A stretch of 64,000 nucleotides of DNA from Tubiluchus corallicola (lineage: Eukaryota; Animalia; Priapulida), in NCBI GenBank assembly GCA_030141605.1, contig JAQGDQ010000016.1, positions 1,056,282 through 1,120,281 of the forward strand, written 5' to 3'. Positions within the stretch are counted from its first letter, which is position 1; each line of letters opens with the position of its first letter. Made by a program: the position numbers and the translations under genes. Under the pieces are notes generated by a model. It was not told where the DNA came from. It ran no database searches and was given only the letters and a program-made list of their open reading frames with translations. Below are positions 50,034 through 64,000 of this stretch, one piece after another.

Positions 50034-50117
50034 GGTATCTGGTATTAGTTCACAGATATTAGCTTAATTAATTAGCATAACATTTATAATTAAAAGTAAC
50101 ATTTGTAGTTAAGTACT

Positions 50118-50490
50118 CAGGGCCTCTTTCAGCTTAAGAGAGGCCCGGGAAAGTGGGGCGTGTGAGGCCCCCTCGAGGGGGAGGGCAAAGCGCCCAGAAA
50201 AATTTTGAACTGCTAGAACGCCGGAGAAGCATTTTCGAAGAGAAAACATGGAGTTACACAGTTGTTAAAGGAAAGAACAATTGAAAGAAAAACTGCTTTA
50301 TTCTCAAAACCAGTCCTTAATACTTGTCAATACTGGCAAACGGCGCGCGTGCGGCAAGAGAGAGAGAGGGGGGAGCGGAGGAAGTATGTTCGCATAAAGC
50401 AAAAAAATGTTACCTTGGCATCAGGCCCCCTGGAGGGTGAGGCCCCGGGGAATTGTCCCCACTTAACCCCCCCCCCTAAAATAGGGCCTG
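50118..50490. mobile_element. hAT-family MITE, copy 2 (inverted relative to 7529-7943)
   Basis: CAGGGCC...GGGCCTG ends; perfect 8-bp TSD TAAGTACT (50110-50117, 50491-50498); interior is the reverse complement of copy 1. Confidence 0.92.
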
Positions 50491-50900
50491 TAAGTACTCA
50501 ATTACATACCGATACAAAATGGGTCTTCATGAACTATTTTCATCAGCATCTTGCAAGGTTAATGACTCGAAAGAAATCTAATGTTGCACAGTTATGCTTT
50601 TGCTGAATAGTTTGTCAGATTTAATTTGGATCAAGAGTTGTGTACGTATGATACAAAATGTTCAGTTAGCAAGTAAATGGTTTCCTTCAAGACTTGACAG
50701 AGAACGTTTGTAGAACTTCACCATATTTAAAACCATAAAAAATTAAATTAATATTGTTAGTGGCAACTCACAAACGATGTTCAAAAATTGGTTAAAAGTA
50801 ATTTTATTCACATCCATTATATACAGCTTTATTAAAAGTATGTTATTCATAATATTCATAATGTTATTCACAAGTAGGCTTATAGCATGCTTAAAACTGT

Positions 50901-50902
50901 TG

Positions 50903-50934
<32 letters not shown>

Positions 50935-51070
50935 TGTGTGTGTGTGCATGCGTGTGCATGCGTGAGTGCGTGCGTGTGTGTGTGTGTGCGTGCGTGCATA
51001 CGTGTGTGTGTGTGTGTGTGTGTGCATGCGTGTGTGTGTGTGTGTGTGTGTGCATGTGTGTGCATGTGTG

Positions 51071-51110
<40 letters not shown>

Positions 51111-51170
51111 TGCATGCATACGTGTGTGTGTGTGCGTGTGTGCGTACGTGTGCGTACGTATGCGTGCGTG
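50901..51170. repeat. Complex (TG)n/(TGCG)n microsatellite immediately 3' of the CYP stop codon
   Basis: Directly visible. Confidence 0.95.
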
Positions 51171-51181
51171 TTTATAGTTTC

Positions 51182-61722
<10,541 letters not shown>

Positions 61723-62061
61723 GACGGTAAAATAATTTTTTATGTTAAAATATTCATACACACATACATACATACATACACACGGAAGGCGTCGACCACG
61801 TGACGCAGCTTTGTAAATACTGTACTATCTCGATTATAAGACCCTAGAAACTGCGCTAGTACCTACTGCGCATTCCTGGGTAAATGGCCTTGAGTGGCGT
61901 TTATTGATTTGGAACTTATTTACATTAGTAAACATAATACGGACTCCTGGTTCCACAGCCAGCACGCTATACGAAATAGACAGCTCTGCTTGCCAACTGG
62001 AGTTAGGTTCGCTACTCTGAAACTGCAATATAAAAATTCTGTTTTGTTATCAGCAATAACA
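61723..62061. promoter_or_regulatory. Putative bidirectional promoter between two CYP genes
   Basis: 339 bp separates the divergent ATGs; contains overlapping CACGTG (61797-61802) and GTGACGCAGC (61800-61809). Confidence 0.6.
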
Positions 62062-63782
62062 ATGTTTCCAACGTTGCTCATCGCGGCAGTTTTGCTCATT
62101 TTGTTACTATTTGTATGGCAGTGGAAGAAACGTCCCGAAGGGGCACCGCCGGGCCCTGTGGGCTGGCCCATCGTTGGTTCGATGTTCTCAATGGGAAAGG
62201 ACCCAACCGCGTATTTTGAAAAGCTCACAAAACGGTATGGCAACATTTTCGGGCTGTACATAGGACCAACTTTCAACGTGGTCATCAACGATTTTGAAAC
62301 GGGTCGTGAAGCTTTTCTGAAACATGGAGATGTATTTTCTGGAAGGTTCGAAAGTTTTACAATCGGTGAAATTATGGGAGACGATGAAATGCGTGGTAAG
62401 TACTGCGATCATATAGCATTTGTAGTTGTGTTTTTAAAGAACCGCTTTCTTAATGTCTAATTTATATATTCAAAAAGCCAAGATTTCTTTGATCTTGAAC
62501 AAGTGATTTAAAATATCAGAGACCTTTGCAAAAAAGCTTGAAAATTTTGGTATGTTAACTTATGTAGTTTATAAATCCATCCAAGTTAGCAAACGAGTAT
62601 GGTGGGGAAGTTACACAAATTCCATCCTCACAGTAGTTGCAAAACAGTTGTGTTAGCTTAATGAAGTTATCTTAATTTTACATACTATTAACAAATAATA
62701 GTCTTTCTATCTTTTATATCATCCTATATATATCAGCTTGATTCATTACAGCATTCCATTTTAAGCACTAATGTTTTTTTAATCACGATTCACTTTAAAT
62801 TTTCAGATTATCTCCATTACTTTTTTTCTATCACTGTGTGGGACAATCTAACAAGCCCTGCATTTTGATTGTCCTCAACACATTTACCTTCGTATATAAG
62901 TGAACGGTGTATGAGGCTTTTCCTGTGCAGTATTTCTTATTTGTATTATGTTCATTGTAAGCTCTTTCACTAGATATTGTACATGAAACTATTGTAAATG
63001 TGTAATGTGAAATAGATGACCTATGACTATTCGAGAATAGTACTGCAAACAATGAAGCATTGTGTAATACAGGTATGCAACTATTTGCTTCATTGGACGT
63101 GGACGCTTCAGGTAATTTTGCTAGCCGTATACCTAAAACTTAATCACTAAATTCTTTCGAAGAAAGTCAATAATTCAATATTACGACCCAATAATTCAGG
63201 GATATTGGTTGGTTGATTGATTTTGCAACATAGATTGTGAACAACATTATTGCTAGATCCTGTTATCCTGTTATGCAACTTAAACATCTAATAAGAAACT
63301 ACAATCCAAAGAGACTAAACAATAAACACTGGACAGTGAAAAGCAAGAAATTACTGTAACATTGTTTGCAAAGTTATTTCATCATGTAAGTGTGAACAGG
63401 CCCTAATGTTGCACTTTTGGATTACAGGGCTTGTGATGTCAGAAGGAAGACGATGGAAAGAACAGAGAAAATTTGCTCTGAGTAAACTCAAAGAGTTTGG
63501 AATGGGAAAGATTAGCTTGGAGAAGAAGATAAAAGAAGAAATATCAGCCTTTCTGAACGAGCTAAAGGATAAGGAAGGCAAACCTTTCGATCCTAAACTA
63601 TATCTTTCAAATACAATTTCAAATGTCATATGTTCCATAGTATTTGGAAACCGTTACGAATACGATGACTCGGCATTTATCAAGTTAATGGACTACATTG
63701 CTCAAGATGTCCAAAATCCTGACATTACTGGGTTTATTGATGTCTTTCCGTGGCTGAGGTATCTCCCAGGATTTAGATCAAG
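62062..63782 (+). CDS. Cytochrome P450, CYP2 clan, first two exons (continues beyond the window)
   Basis: Exons 62062-62395 (MFPTLLIAAV...PPGPVGWP...INDFETGREAFLK) and 63428-63782 (WKEQRKF...FGMGK...NVICSIVFGNRY). Exon lengths (334, 355) are identical to those of the minus-strand paralogue. Confidence 0.93.
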
Positions 63783-64000
63783 GTGGGTCAGACGATCTTA
63801 CTCATCGTGCAAAACCTGTTGTAGCTAAATTAGGAAACAATCTCATTCATGAAGCGCTATTGGCCATTTTGAGCATTTTTTGGCATTTTTGTTTAACAAT
63901 CAGTAATTTATTACACTGAAACTACTGATTTTTTGGTGTAGTAGGCTCACATATTTCTTCTTATTCGAGTAGTTTGGTTTCATCTAAAGTTGTTCCTTTG

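Overview
AT-rich, intron-containing animal genomic DNA. The 5S rRNA sequence suggests a lophotrochozoan invertebrate, but that is inference. From start to end the window holds: (1) the 3' 11 exons of a PLEKHG7-like DH-PH RhoGEF (+); (2) a complete 8-exon secreted GH18 chitinase-family gene (+, about 1408 aa) with an altered catalytic signature (DxxNxDxE, MTYH), 42 copies of a 14-aa His/Glu/Tyr/Pro repeat and a C-terminal CBM14; (3) two short secreted Tyr/Gly(/His)-rich low-complexity protein genes (-); (4) a dispersed 5S rDNA array whose spacers each carry a decayed 5S internal control region, interrupted by a truncated BEL/Pao retrotransposon and by a 17-bp satellite; (5) a decayed LINE, antisense 5S relics and a C-type lectin terminal exon; (6) a head-to-head pair of CYP2-clan P450 genes, one complete (500 aa) and one running off the window. 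hAT MITEs, a foldback-like element, a hammerhead-like relic and many satellites fill the introns. The best candidate for an undescribed system is a chitin-His/Tyr-rich biomaterial gene cluster. All exon models were read by eye from GT-AG sites and reading-frame continuity; no searches were run.
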